From assembly GCA_942493305.1 (NCBI GenBank), contig OW818686.1, positions 2,441,911 to 2,505,910 on the forward strand: DNA of 64,000 nt, read 5' to 3'. The notes beneath the pieces are model-generated. The model was not told the DNA's origin, did not search any database, and saw only the letters and a program-made list of their open reading frames with translations. Origin of the DNA: an uncultured bacterium. GTDB lineage: Bacteria > Pseudomonadota > Alphaproteobacteria > Caulobacterales > Hyphomonadaceae. Shown piece by piece: positions 27,053 through 36,359 of the stretch (position 1 is the first letter of the stretch; the number at the start of each line of letters is the position of its first letter). Position numbers and translations under genes: made by a program.

Positions 27053-28237
27053 ATGGCGGGTAGCCCCACAGCTCTGCAGTATCTGGACAAGGCAGTCGGA
27101 AATCTTCGGAAGCTGGGACTTTTCCCTGACACCAAGAGCGATCCTGCGCCCGTTGTGGCGCTGCTCAACCAGATAACGGACCTGTCTCCGGACAAGGTGA
27201 CCACGATTGCGCGCACGCTCGACCAGGCCTCGACGTTCAACGAGGTGGTGCGTGAGCATATCCAGGCGATCAAGGTGGGCGAACGCTATGAGGTGATCAC
27301 AGGGGCGTTCAACTCGATCCGTGACGACGCGAAGAGCCTGGTGGACCAGTATGCCGACGGCAAGATCTCCACGATGGAGCGTGTCGGCAACATGTGGATG
27401 AAGTTTTCGCGCGGCGACATCGCGGACCGCTTCGACAAGATCAAGGACACGTATCTCGATGTTCAGAAGGATACGAAAGTCCAGATCGAGAAAGAGCACC
27501 TGATTCTCGAAGCCTATATGGATTTCCGGGGCGCGATGAAGCAGTCGGAAGTGCTGGCGCTGGAAGTGCTGAAGACGGCGGAAGGCAAGCTGGAAGAAGC
27601 CAAGGCGCGAATGACGGCGGCTTCGGCAGCTGTCTCGGCCTATACGGGCGAGGAAGCTGCGGAACGCTCCAAGCTCGAGCTGGCGCGGGACGAAGAACTG
27701 CGCAGGCTTCAGGCGGAAGAGAAGCGCTACCAGATTACCAAGGACCTCTCGGACAACCTGACAGTTGGCTACAACACGTCTGAAGTCATCATGGCGCGCC
27801 TTGTCCAGACGACGAACGCGAAGGAGCGCATTTACGCGCAGTCGGTCGCGTTCTTCGGCACGAACGAGGTGGTGCTGACGGCGTTGTCGGCCACGTTCAC
27901 GGGCATGTTCGGCCTGCATGAATCGACGCAGGCGCTGGAGAGCATGAAGAAGGGTATCGACCAGTCGCTCGAGACGCTGAGCGAGATCGGCGGGCAGGTT
28001 CAGGAAGCCGCGCTGAAGGCGGGTTACGGGCCGACGATTTCGGCAGCTGCGGTGAAGAAGCTGGTGGACTCGGTGGTGAGCTATCAGGAGCGCTCGATCG
28101 GGATCATCGCGGAGATGCGCAAGCTGTCGACGCAGAACTCGGCCGAAATCCGCGATGCTGTGGAAGACGGCAAACGTCGCATGGCGCTGCTGATTGAACA
28201 GGGCGCGGCTGCGGCGCTGCTTGTCTCGACCAAATGA
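27053..28237 (+). CDS. TelA/KlaA-like (toxic anion resistance family) helical protein, tentative
   Basis: 394 aa, predicted all-helical with no TM. The segment EVIMARLVQTTNAKERIYAQSVAFF resembles the TelA core (..RLVQSNN..KI..). The assignment is by eye only. First gene of a translationally coupled four-gene set. Confidence 0.5.
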   Translation: MAGSPTALQYLDKAVGNLRKLGLFPDTKSDPAPVVALLNQITDLSPDKVTTIARTLDQASTFNEVVREHIQAIKVGERYEVITGAFNSIRDDAKSLVDQYADGKISTMERVGNMWMKFSRGDIADRFDKIKDTYLDVQKDTKVQIEKEHLILEAYMDFRGAMKQSEVLALEVLKTAEGKLEEAKARMTAASAAVSAYTGEEAAERSKLELARDEELRRLQAEEKRYQITKDLSDNLTVGYNTSEVIMARLVQTTNAKERIYAQSVAFFGTNEVVLTALSATFTGMFGLHESTQALESMKKGIDQSLETLSEIGGQVQEAALKAGYGPTISAAAVKKLVDSVVSYQERSIGIIAEMRKLSTQNSAEIRDAVEDGKRRMALLIEQGAAAALLVSTK

Positions 28238-29214
28238 GCGATACGAACGTCCCGGCGCCGGCCAGGGTGACGACCCCGGCCGGCGTTGCGCCAACCGGCG
28301 CCAAGCCGGCGCTCCACGAAGAGCCCCGTAAACTCGACGACGTCATGCTGGCGATGGACGTGGTGGATACGCTGCGCCATCGCACGCGCATCGTCGACAT
28401 GGAGCTGAACGAGGCTGCGCGCGAAGAGCAGCTCGTGGCGCGGCTGAAGGAAATCTATGGCGCGCAGGGGATCGAGGTTCCCGACCGCATTCTCAAGGAC
28501 GGCGTGAAGGCGCTGGCCGAGCAGCGCTTTGTCTACAAGCCGCCGGCCGATACGTTCTCGGTCAAGCTCGCCAAGCTGTATGTGAACCGGAAGCGCTGGC
28601 TGCCGGCGACGCTGACGCTGGCGGGGATCGTCGTGGCGGCGGTGTTCGCGTGGCAGGTGTTCTGGGAGATGCCGCGCGCGAGCGAATGGCGCGGAATGCC
28701 GAACGAGATTTCGCGCGTGCTGGCCGAGGGGCAGGCGCTGGCGGTCGATCCGGTAGTGGACGCGCAGCTGGCGAGCCTGGCGGCAGAGGGGCAGCGGGCG
28801 GTCGCCAATGGTGATCGCGATGCGGCGCGGACGCAGCTGACGGCGCTGGAGGCGATGAACGAGCGGCTCGCGCAGGAATACGACATCCGCATCGTCTCGC
28901 GAGAGGGGGAGGACACCGGCTTCTTCCGGCAGTCCAATGATAATCCCGGGGCGATGAACTATTATCTCGTGGTCGAGGCCGTGGCGCCCGGCGGACGTGT
29001 GCTGACGGTTTCGGTAGAGAGTATCGAAGCTGAAAAGACGGAGCGCGTGAACATCTGGGCGCAACGTGTTTCGGAACCCACATTCAATCGTGTTCAGGCC
29101 GAGAAACGCAGCACGGGCCTGGTCACGAACGATGTGCTGGGAGCCAAGGCGCGCGGGCAGCTTGAGCCTGTGTTTGATGAGCCGGTTCCGGGCGGAGCGA
29201 TCACAGAATGGTAG
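28234..29214 (+). CDS. single-pass membrane protein (hypothetical)
   Basis: ATGA overlap with the upstream stop. One TM helix (WLPATLTLAGIVVAAVFAWQVFW) separates an N-terminal helical region (LDDVMLAMDVVDTLRHR) from a ~170-aa C-terminal domain. Confidence 0.7.
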   Translation: MSDTNVPAPARVTTPAGVAPTGAKPALHEEPRKLDDVMLAMDVVDTLRHRTRIVDMELNEAAREEQLVARLKEIYGAQGIEVPDRILKDGVKALAEQRFVYKPPADTFSVKLAKLYVNRKRWLPATLTLAGIVVAAVFAWQVFWEMPRASEWRGMPNEISRVLAEGQALAVDPVVDAQLASLAAEGQRAVANGDRDAARTQLTALEAMNERLAQEYDIRIVSREGEDTGFFRQSNDNPGAMNYYLVVEAVAPGGRVLTVSVESIEAEKTERVNIWAQRVSEPTFNRVQAEKRSTGLVTNDVLGAKARGQLEPVFDEPVPGGAITEW

Positions 29215-30731
29215 ACGATGTGATCTCGGGCCGGGAGGCGCTGCACAGGCTGGACAGCCTGACAGCTGGCGCGCGTGAAGATTTCGACGCGGCTGCGCGG
29301 GCGGCGGAGGGGCATTCGCGGCGACGCACGGATCTGGCGCGGCTGAAGTCTGACGGCTATCGGGAGCTGGCGGCGATGCGGCTGGATGTGATCCGCACGG
29401 AGCAGGCGGACTCGCTCAGCGTCGCGGAGAAGGAAGCGACGCGGCTGCTGGAGCATCATGCGGATTTCGTTGCGCGGATCGATGGCGAGGTCGCGGCGGC
29501 GGCGGCCAGGCTGAGAGATGCCGAGGCCAGCCGGCGCGCAGGTGAGGGCGATGTCGATGCCTCGCTCAACGCATATGAGACGCTGGTGGCGGAGACGGAG
29601 CAGGCAGTCCAGTCTGATCCGGGCTATCTTGCGCTCAAGACTGCTTTCGAGGAGTCGCGCGCGGTGGCTGTGCGCGCCGAGCAGAAGCTGGAACTGGCGA
29701 AGACCGACCGCGCCGAGAAGGGCAAGCCCTACCTGCAGGATCCGCTTTTCTCTTATCTGTGGGAGCGCAAGTTCCGTACGCCGGAATACAACAAGGGCGG
29801 GATCTCGCGCATGCTGGATGGCTGGGTCGCCCGGCTTTGCCGCTATGACGAGGCGTATCTCAATTACGCAAGACTGACTGAGCTGCCTGATCGTATCGGC
29901 GAGCATCTGGCCAACATGCGGCTGGAGGAGGCCGAGGCTCAGGTGGCGATCGAACGCTTCGAGGCGCAGGCGCTGGAGACGCGCGGTGCGGGCAAGCTGT
30001 CGGCGGAGCTGACGGTCGTGAAAGACAAGCTGAAGGCGCTCGACAAACTGCTGGCCGACGCTGAATCTAAGCACGCTGATCTGCGTCGGAGCCAGGAGCA
30101 GGCAGCGAGTGGCGATGCGGGCCCGCAAGAGCAGGCGCGCCGTGTGATCGAGGAAGGGCTGGCAAAGGCCAGCTTCCCTGACCTCAAGGTTCTCGCTGCC
30201 GAAACCACGACGACGGATGATGACCGGATCGTCGATGCTCTCATCAAGCTGCGCACGGAGGAGCTCCAGATGGAGGTCAACTGGCGCAGCGTCGAAGCAC
30301 TGCCCACGCGTCGTCGTGCCGGCGTTGAAACGCTGGAGCAGGTGCGCCGCAAGTTCAAGGAAACCGGGCTGGACAGTTCCAATGTGATGCTGCTGCGGGG
30401 CGCGTTCGAAGCTGCGCTCGAAGCCTATGGCAGAGGGCCGTCGCCGGATGGCGAGGCGCTTTGGCGCGCCATCAAGGCAACTGTGCGCCAGGCGCCGCGC
30501 AGCGACGACGACTATTTCGGCGGGCCACGTCGCGGACGCGACGTTGGCGATGTGGTTGCCGGCGTGATCCTCGGCGAAGTCATCAAGGCGGCGACGCGGG
30601 GCGGGCGTTGGGGCGGCGGGGGCTTTGGTGGCGGCGGTTTCGGCGGTGGCGGCGGCGGCCGATCCGGCGGCGGATGGAGCACGGGCGGCCGCAGCGGCGG
30701 CGGCGGATGGAAGACGGGCGGTCGGTTCTAG
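29208..30731 (+). CDS. coiled-coil protein with C-terminal Gly/Trp-rich low-complexity tail (hypothetical)
   Basis: ATGGTAG overlap with the upstream gene. Long heptad-like E/A/R/L-rich segments. The tail reads RGGRWGGGGFGGGGFGGGGGGRSGGGWSTGGRSGGGGWKTGGRF. Confidence 0.7.
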   Translation: MVDDVISGREALHRLDSLTAGAREDFDAAARAAEGHSRRRTDLARLKSDGYRELAAMRLDVIRTEQADSLSVAEKEATRLLEHHADFVARIDGEVAAAAARLRDAEASRRAGEGDVDASLNAYETLVAETEQAVQSDPGYLALKTAFEESRAVAVRAEQKLELAKTDRAEKGKPYLQDPLFSYLWERKFRTPEYNKGGISRMLDGWVARLCRYDEAYLNYARLTELPDRIGEHLANMRLEEAEAQVAIERFEAQALETRGAGKLSAELTVVKDKLKALDKLLADAESKHADLRRSQEQAASGDAGPQEQARRVIEEGLAKASFPDLKVLAAETTTTDDDRIVDALIKLRTEELQMEVNWRSVEALPTRRRAGVETLEQVRRKFKETGLDSSNVMLLRGAFEAALEAYGRGPSPDGEALWRAIKATVRQAPRSDDDYFGGPRRGRDVGDVVAGVILGEVIKAATRGGRWGGGGFGGGGFGGGGGGRSGGGWSTGGRSGGGGWKTGGRF

Positions 30732-31826
30732 ATGGCCGCGCGGGTCGAGCGGCTGGTCTGGGCAGATGTGGCGCTTGATCCAATCGACATGCCAGGCGGC
30801 GCGCTGAAGCTGACGCTGGGCCTGGGTTCCGGACTGACGCAGCGCGACGGGCGCATCTTCGCGGTGACGGATCGCGGGCCGAACCTGTTCATCTCGCAGG
30901 CTGTCGAGGATTACGGACAGGCAAGCCTGGCGAGGTTGCGGAATCTTCCCGGCGCCAAGGTGATGCCAATGCCGCACGTCGGGCCCGAGATTGTGGAACT
31001 GGGCATTGCGGGCCGCGAAGTCAGCGCGTTGCGGCGCTGGCCGCTGGCGACACACAGCGGCGCGCGCCTTAGCGGCATCGCGCTGCCGGGCCAAGCCATG
31101 GAGCCGATCTTCGATCTCGCTGGTCAGCCGATCGCGCCTGACAGGCTTGGCGCTGACACGGAGGCGATCGCGGCCCTGCCGGACGGATCATTCGTTCTGG
31201 CCGAGGAGTATGGGCCGTCCCTGCTGATCGCAGATGCTACGGGCGTCGTCAGGGAGCGTTGGGTTGCGGAAGGCCGGCACGAGGAGCTGACGCATCCTGA
31301 CCTGCCGGCGCGCGGCGTTCTGCCTGCGCGGTGCGCAAGGCGGAGGCCGAACCGCGGGTTCGAGGCGCTGTGCGCCTCGCCGGACGGGCGCTGGCTTTAT
31401 CTGGGCTTCCAGAGCGCGCTGTCGGGCGATGCGGAGGAGGGCGTGCCCGTCTGGAAACTGGATGCGCGCACTGGCGCGCAGGAAGCGGAATGGATCTACC
31501 CGTTCGATGCGCCGTCCAGCTTCAGGCGTGATGCGGCGCGGCGGACCGTCGGGCCCGGCGATCTCAAGATCTGCGAGTTCGCATGGGACGGCGATGACCA
31601 GCTGATCGTGCTGGAGCGGATCGCGCATTCGACGAAGATCTATCGCGTTGATCTTGCGCGGCTACCGGCGAAGGAGTTGCTGTTCTCAAGCGACGATCAT
31701 CCAGACGTTGGGCCCGACATGGAGGGGATGGCTCTGCTGTCGCCCTCGGACATCCTGCTGGTGTCCGACAACGACTTTGGCGTCGAGGGCGCGGCCACGG
31801 AGTTCTGGCGCGTCACGCTGGCGTGA
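30732..31826 (+). CDS. phytase-like esterase domain protein (beta-propeller-like), no signal peptide seen
   Basis: The ATG directly abuts the upstream TAG. The RIFAVTDRGPN and DMEGMALL...LLVSDNDFG motifs are typical of the 'esterase-like activity of phytase' family. Confidence 0.65.
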   Translation: MAARVERLVWADVALDPIDMPGGALKLTLGLGSGLTQRDGRIFAVTDRGPNLFISQAVEDYGQASLARLRNLPGAKVMPMPHVGPEIVELGIAGREVSALRRWPLATHSGARLSGIALPGQAMEPIFDLAGQPIAPDRLGADTEAIAALPDGSFVLAEEYGPSLLIADATGVVRERWVAEGRHEELTHPDLPARGVLPARCARRRPNRGFEALCASPDGRWLYLGFQSALSGDAEEGVPVWKLDARTGAQEAEWIYPFDAPSSFRRDAARRTVGPGDLKICEFAWDGDDQLIVLERIAHSTKIYRVDLARLPAKELLFSSDDHPDVGPDMEGMALLSPSDILLVSDNDFGVEGAATEFWRVTLA

Positions 31827-31831
31827 CTGAT

Positions 31832-33454
31832 CTAGACTGACAGGCGCCGGCTGTTGTGGGCGACGGACAGGCGCTTTGTTCCTGATGCCAGCGCCGAGCG
31901 GCCGCCAGTTGCGGGCACAAACACATACTCGGCTTCGATGCGATCCCTTGTGATGTCCAGCGTGAAATAGCCGCGCTGGCTGGTGTCCATCCATTTGAGG
32001 TCGGGGTTGGCGGCCATGAAGTCAGCGGCGAGGCGCGCGGCGTCGCCGTTGAAGCGGCGTTCGAAGCCGTAGGAGGACACGCTCTGTCCGGCAAATTCGA
32101 CGCCGACAGGCCCACGCGCGTCGGCAAGATCGAACGCCCAGGCGTTGTGACTGTCGCCTGTCAGCGTGACAAGGTTGGCGCCGGCTGATCGTGCGGCGTC
32201 GTAGAGGCGCTGGCGAGCGGCAGGATAGCCATCCCACTTGTCCATCGAATACGGCATGCCGGCATCGGTGAGCACGTCGCGGCGGGCAAGGTCGGCCTGC
32301 ATGGCGTCGGGGATCGGACCGTTGACCCAGGCCGGATTGGATTTCGGGAAGCGCGTTGCGCCCATGATGACCTGCTGGATCAGCACCTGCCAGCGGGCGC
32401 CAGAGCTGACGGAAGACGCGAGGCCTTCGGCAAGCCAGCGTTCCTGATCCGGGTCCATCATGGCGCGGCGAGCGTCCGCCAGAGGACCGGAGGCGAAAGC
32501 GCCGAGGCGGGCGCGCACGTCGCCGCCAGCGGCAAAGACCGCATCAAGGTCATCATCGAGCTGCAGCGTGCGGCCGAGCAGGCGCGTCTCAAGGCGATGA
32601 AGCGTGGCGAGATCACCGATACGATAGGAGCCATACCAGTCGCTGTGCATCGGCATCCATTCGCGCCAGGCGCGCATGCCGGCGGCCTTGCGGACATTCC
32701 ACGGGCCTTCAGTCGCCGGATCGTGCGCGCTGGCGCCATCGCCCCAGGAATTGTTGGCCGTCTCGTGATCGTCCCACACGACAATCATCGGCAGGCGGCG
32801 ATGCAGCGCGGCCAGATCCGGATCGTAGCGATAGCTCGCATAGCGCTGGCGATAGTCGGTGAGCGAGACGATTTCCGTATCCGGCGCCAGCCTGCGCGCG
32901 GCGGCGAGGCCGGGCTGTGCGTCGGGGCGGGTGACAGGGGATTCGTAAATGTAGTCGCCGGTGTGGATGGCGAGGTCGATGTCGTCCCGTGCCGCAGCAT
33001 GGGCATAGGCGTTGAACCAGCCTGACGTGCCGTTTGAACAGCCGAAGACGGCGACGCGGAATCTTTCAGTCGGCCCTGCGGGAAGCGTGCGTGTGCGGCC
33101 GGTTTCGGAAAGCTGTCCGGTGGGGGCCACGAAGCGATAGTACAGCCAACGGCCGGACGGCAGACCTTCGGCCACCGCATGGGCGCAATGATCGGCGGCA
33201 GGTGAAGCTTCGGCCTCGCCCGTGAGGACAACGCGCTGGAAGCGCTCATCCTCGGCGATCTCGACCTTCAAGCGCGTGGTATTCGGTGAGACGTAACGCG
33301 TCCAGAGGACGACGCGCGTCTGGCCCGGATCGCCCGAGGCGACGCCATGCGTGAAGCCTGTTGCGGATTGGGCGAATGCGCGGCCGGGAAGGGCGATGGC
33401 AAGGCTGCCTGCGCTGGCTGCAAGCAGATGGCGACGCGTGAGGATAAACGACAT
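31832..33454 (-). CDS. phoD: alkaline phosphatase D (PhoD family), Tat-exported
   Basis: Twin-arginine signal LTRRHLLAASAGSLAIALPGRAFA. Metallophosphatase motifs GDYIYE, VWDDHE and TGDSHNAW. Confidence 0.9.
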   Translation of the reverse strand: MSFILTRRHLLAASAGSLAIALPGRAFAQSATGFTHGVASGDPGQTRVVLWTRYVSPNTTRLKVEIAEDERFQRVVLTGEAEASPAADHCAHAVAEGLPSGRWLYYRFVAPTGQLSETGRTRTLPAGPTERFRVAVFGCSNGTSGWFNAYAHAAARDDIDLAIHTGDYIYESPVTRPDAQPGLAAARRLAPDTEIVSLTDYRQRYASYRYDPDLAALHRRLPMIVVWDDHETANNSWGDGASAHDPATEGPWNVRKAAGMRAWREWMPMHSDWYGSYRIGDLATLHRLETRLLGRTLQLDDDLDAVFAAGGDVRARLGAFASGPLADARRAMMDPDQERWLAEGLASSVSSGARWQVLIQQVIMGATRFPKSNPAWVNGPIPDAMQADLARRDVLTDAGMPYSMDKWDGYPAARQRLYDAARSAGANLVTLTGDSHNAWAFDLADARGPVGVEFAGQSVSSYGFERRFNGDAARLAADFMAANPDLKWMDTSQRGYFTLDITRDRIEAEYVFVPATGGRSALASGTKRLSVAHNSRRLSV

Positions 33455-33542
33455 ACCCGCCGACCTCCCAGGGACGCAGATGTCCTAGACCGGGTTCGTG
33501 ACGGTTTGGAGTCAGATGTAGACGTCAGGTGGAACGATCAAC

Positions 33543-34055
33543 TCAGCCCGGCGGACGGAGGAAGTCTTTCTTGCCGAGCACGACGCCATTGTGGCGCAGG
33601 ATATTGTAGGCGGTCGCGCTGTGGAAATAGAGGTTGGGGAAGATCCAGCCCTGCAGGTAGGTCGCGCATGTCATCGGCATTTCCTGACCACCGCCCACCG
33701 GGATGTTGATGATGGTCTGCGCGCGCTCGTCCATGGCGGCGGCATGTGCGGCCTGAACATAGGCGTTGGCCTTCTGCGTGCGCTCGATCAGCTGGGCGAA
33801 GGATGTCTCAACGTCGGGGAAAGCCGGGAGCGCGCTGCCGGCGAGGCGGGCGGCGCCGCGCGCCACCGTGTCTGCGGTGATCTGGACCTGGCGCGAGAGC
33901 GGGAACATGTCGGGGAAGAGCCGATAGTTCAGCAGGACTTCTTCCGGGATCTTGAGGTGGGCGGCGTGTTCTGCGCCCTTCTTCAGGATCGAGCCGAGGC
34001 AGCCAAGCGTCTGCGCGCTGGCGTCCTTGATGAGGGAAGAGATCGCAACAGTCAT
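33543..34055 (-). CDS. DUF1993-family protein (second paralog)
   Basis: ATG at 34055. RLFPDMFPLSRQVQ and FPNLYFHSATAYNILRHNGVVLGKKDFL parallel the 220..726 product. Confidence 0.85.
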   Translation of the reverse strand: MTVAISSLIKDASAQTLGCLGSILKKGAEHAAHLKIPEEVLLNYRLFPDMFPLSRQVQITADTVARGAARLAGSALPAFPDVETSFAQLIERTQKANAYVQAAHAAAMDERAQTIINIPVGGGQEMPMTCATYLQGWIFPNLYFHSATAYNILRHNGVVLGKKDFLRPPG

Positions 34056-34185
34056 CGATAGCCCCGTCTGGATATGGGGTTCTCTTAGCCTGCGGGGCGG
34101 AGGGATGCACCGGGAATCTTGCAGGCGGACGGTCTTGCGGGGCAGGTGGCGGGCTCCTACCCAGAGAGGGTGTTGGAGGGGACAG

Positions 34186-34743
34186 GTGAGCCTGCGGCTG
34201 CGGATACTGGCGTGGACCCATGTGGTCATCGGCGGGATAGGCTGTGGCCTGTTCGCGCTTCTGATTGCCGCTTACGCCATTGCGCGCGATCCCGCCTATG
34301 ACGACGAATTCGCGTGGATAGGCGGGCTTCTGGGCCTCGCCACGCTGGGCTATTTCATGCCGATGCTGGTTGGCGGCATCGGGCTGCTGAAGCGGTGGCC
34401 GTGGGCGCGGGCGCTGGTGTGGGCGGTTGCGGGGCTGCTGTTGCTGGCCGTGCCGGTGGGGACGTTGCTGGCGGGGTTCAGCCTGTGGGCGTTGCTGACG
34501 ACGCGTGAGCTCTCGGCCGATGGCGGTATGGCGACGTTCGAGCGCGGCGTGCGGCGCGTTCTGCCGCTGCTCGGGGCGGCGATCATTGCGTGGATGATCC
34601 TCGGGTCGATCATTCTCACGGGCTGGGTGTTCCGCGACGTGATCGATCCGCCGCGCGAGCAAATTCTGACGCCGCTGCCGAGCGGCATTCCGGAATTGCC
34701 CGAGCGGCCGGAGTTCCGGATGCCGGATCTGCCGCAGCGCTAG
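34186..34743 (+). CDS. membrane protein (hypothetical, 4 TM)
   Basis: GTG at 34186 follows GGAGGGGACAG, in frame with track ORF 33952..34743. Four hydrophobic helices and a Pro-rich C-terminus. Confidence 0.55.
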   Translation: MSLRLRILAWTHVVIGGIGCGLFALLIAAYAIARDPAYDDEFAWIGGLLGLATLGYFMPMLVGGIGLLKRWPWARALVWAVAGLLLLAVPVGTLLAGFSLWALLTTRELSADGGMATFERGVRRVLPLLGAAIIAWMILGSIILTGWVFRDVIDPPREQILTPLPSGIPELPERPEFRMPDLPQR

Positions 34744-35714
34744 GTCTTCGCGCGGACCGGCACGGTGACGTTGCAGAGGCCAATGCGACCGACCGGCTGG
34801 CGATAGAAGTCGTCCTTGCGCCAGCGACGCGAGTTCACCAGCGTTGCGAAGCTTTCGCTGTCCGTACGCATGATCTCAAGCGGTGTGCGCTGGCTTTCCG
34901 GCAGGTCGGCGGCGATCTTGATATCGGCGTAGCGCTGATATTCCTGCGGCGTCTCGTAAAAGCCGGCGTCGCCCGTGCCGCGCGGGAAGGACGACATGAT
35001 TTCCATCCCCTGCACGACGCGGCCAAGCATGGTGAGCTGCTTGTCGAGATTGCGCGGGCTGTGTCCGATGATGACGTAAAGCTCCGTGCCGCCGCCCGAG
35101 TTCTCGTCGTTCTCGCGGCCGACGCCGACCATGCCGTAGCAGTGGGTGAGCCAGACATGCGTGGCGTCTCGCGCGGCGGTCATGCCGTTCACGAAGCCGA
35201 CTTCGGCGGCATAGGTGTCGGGATCAGGCAGCACGTCGAAATTGGCGATGGCGGCGCGGGGCAGGACGAACTCCGCGTTCAGTTTCTCGACGCCGATTTT
35301 CGGCGGGCGGGCGGGATCAGCGGCCTGGGCCCATTGCGTGACGAAATTGTCCTGCACGCGCGTGACGGCGCCGTTGACGAAGAAGCCTTCGCGGGAGAGC
35401 GCCTTCACGTTCGCGACGTGGTTGGGCGAGAATTCAGGCGCCAGTTCGATGATGACGCGGCGCACGCCTTGTCCATTCTGGCCGGCGAAATCCATGTACA
35501 CCGTGTTCTCGGGATCGAGCGTGCGCCATTCGCCCGGCTTAGAGGCGGCGACAACGTCTGCCGGCGAGGGCGTGTTGCCTTCGGGTGGCGGGGGGATGTT
35601 GCTGGTCTGCGCGGCGGAGGCCAAGTCGCCCGGAGCCAAGTCGCCTGGAGATTGGTCGCCGGGGGACTGGCAGGCGGCAAGCGCGAGCACGGCGATGGCG
35701 ACAAGCTTTTTCAT
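34740..35714 (-). CDS. cyclophilin-type peptidyl-prolyl cis-trans isomerase (lipoprotein)
   Basis: ATG at 35714 follows GGAGGGATT. Lipobox AVLALAAC, an SPGD repeats linker, and cyclophilin segments (FFVNGAVTRVQDNFVTQWAQ, LTMLGRVVQGMEIM). Confidence 0.85.
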   Translation of the reverse strand: MKKLVAIAVLALAACQSPGDQSPGDLAPGDLASAAQTSNIPPPPEGNTPSPADVVAASKPGEWRTLDPENTVYMDFAGQNGQGVRRVIIELAPEFSPNHVANVKALSREGFFVNGAVTRVQDNFVTQWAQAADPARPPKIGVEKLNAEFVLPRAAIANFDVLPDPDTYAAEVGFVNGMTAARDATHVWLTHCYGMVGVGRENDENSGGGTELYVIIGHSPRNLDKQLTMLGRVVQGMEIMSSFPRGTGDAGFYETPQEYQRYADIKIAADLPESQRTPLEIMRTDSESFATLVNSRRWRKDDFYRQPVGRIGLCNVTVPVRAKT

Positions 35715-35798
35715 AATCCCTCCACGATCCGAAACGGCAGAGTGTGATGGATCGCGGACAAGCTCAATCGTCAAAACGGCCACGCCGGAACTGAAGAC

Positions 35799-35820
35799 GC
35801 CGCCCCCCGAAGGAGGCGGC
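35799..35820 (-). terminator. possible terminator hairpin with UUCG loop after the glycine-zipper gene
   Basis: The minus sense reads GCCGCCUCC-UUCG-GGGGGCGGC followed by GUCUUCAGUU. The U-tract is weak. Confidence 0.35.
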
Positions 35821-35880
35821 GCTTTCGCCGATTGGCAGTGATGACCGGGCAGGGTCACTGCTTGTCAGAAGTGTTGCGGC

Positions 35881-36237
35881 CTAGCCGCGGAAGTCGCCGT
35901 TTTCCCAGTAGGTGCGGCCTGTGCCGCGATCGACGTAGTAGTAACGACGATCGTTCTGGTCGTAGATCATGTCAGAGCGCGAGGCGACCTGCTTGCCGCC
36001 GACGAAGCAGCCGCCCTGTTCCTGGCAGCCGGTGTAGTAACCAACGGCCGCGCCGAGTGCGCCGCCGATAAGGGCGCCGGAGAGATCGTCGTCGGCAATT
36101 GCAGCGCCAGCCAGTGCGCCAAGTCCACCGCCGATTGCAGCGTTGCGTTGCGAGGCGTCCATCGAGTCCATGGAGCTGCAGGCTGCCAGAGAAAGGCTGG
36201 CGACGGCGGCGCAGAAGGTGGTTTTGATTGCGGACAT
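35881..36237 (-). CDS. glycine-zipper (17-kDa surface-antigen-like) lipoprotein
   Basis: Lipobox SLSLAAC and the glycine zipper GGGLGALAGAAIA...GALIGGALGAAVG. Confidence 0.8.
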   Translation of the reverse strand: MSAIKTTFCAAVASLSLAACSSMDSMDASQRNAAIGGGLGALAGAAIADDDLSGALIGGALGAAVGYYTGCQEQGGCFVGGKQVASRSDMIYDQNDRRYYYVDRGTGRTYWENGDFRG

Positions 36238-36279
36238 TGGGGAGGTCCTTTGTCGTCGAGTTGAAGCTTGTGAGGCTTA

Positions 36280-36304
36280 AACGACAGGTCGGACCAGCGG
36301 TTCC
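36280..36304 (-). promoter_or_regulatory. sigma-EcfG (general stress response)-type promoter GGAAC-N16-CGTT
   Basis: The minus sense reads ccccGGAACcgctggtccgacctgtCGTTtaag. The CGTT lies ~40 nt upstream of the 36237 ATG. Confidence 0.55.
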
Positions 36305-36359
36305 GGGGAAAGATGCGCCCGGCCGCGCTTCCATTTGGTTCCATTGAAATACAGAAAAA

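Noticed and set aside
33455-33542. Pho box upstream of phoD (two CTGAC motifs in ACCTGACGTCTACATCTGACTCC).
   Set aside because: The repeats are 13 nt apart rather than the 11-nt periodicity of PhoB boxes, and they do not match CTGTCAT well. That is insufficient evidence.
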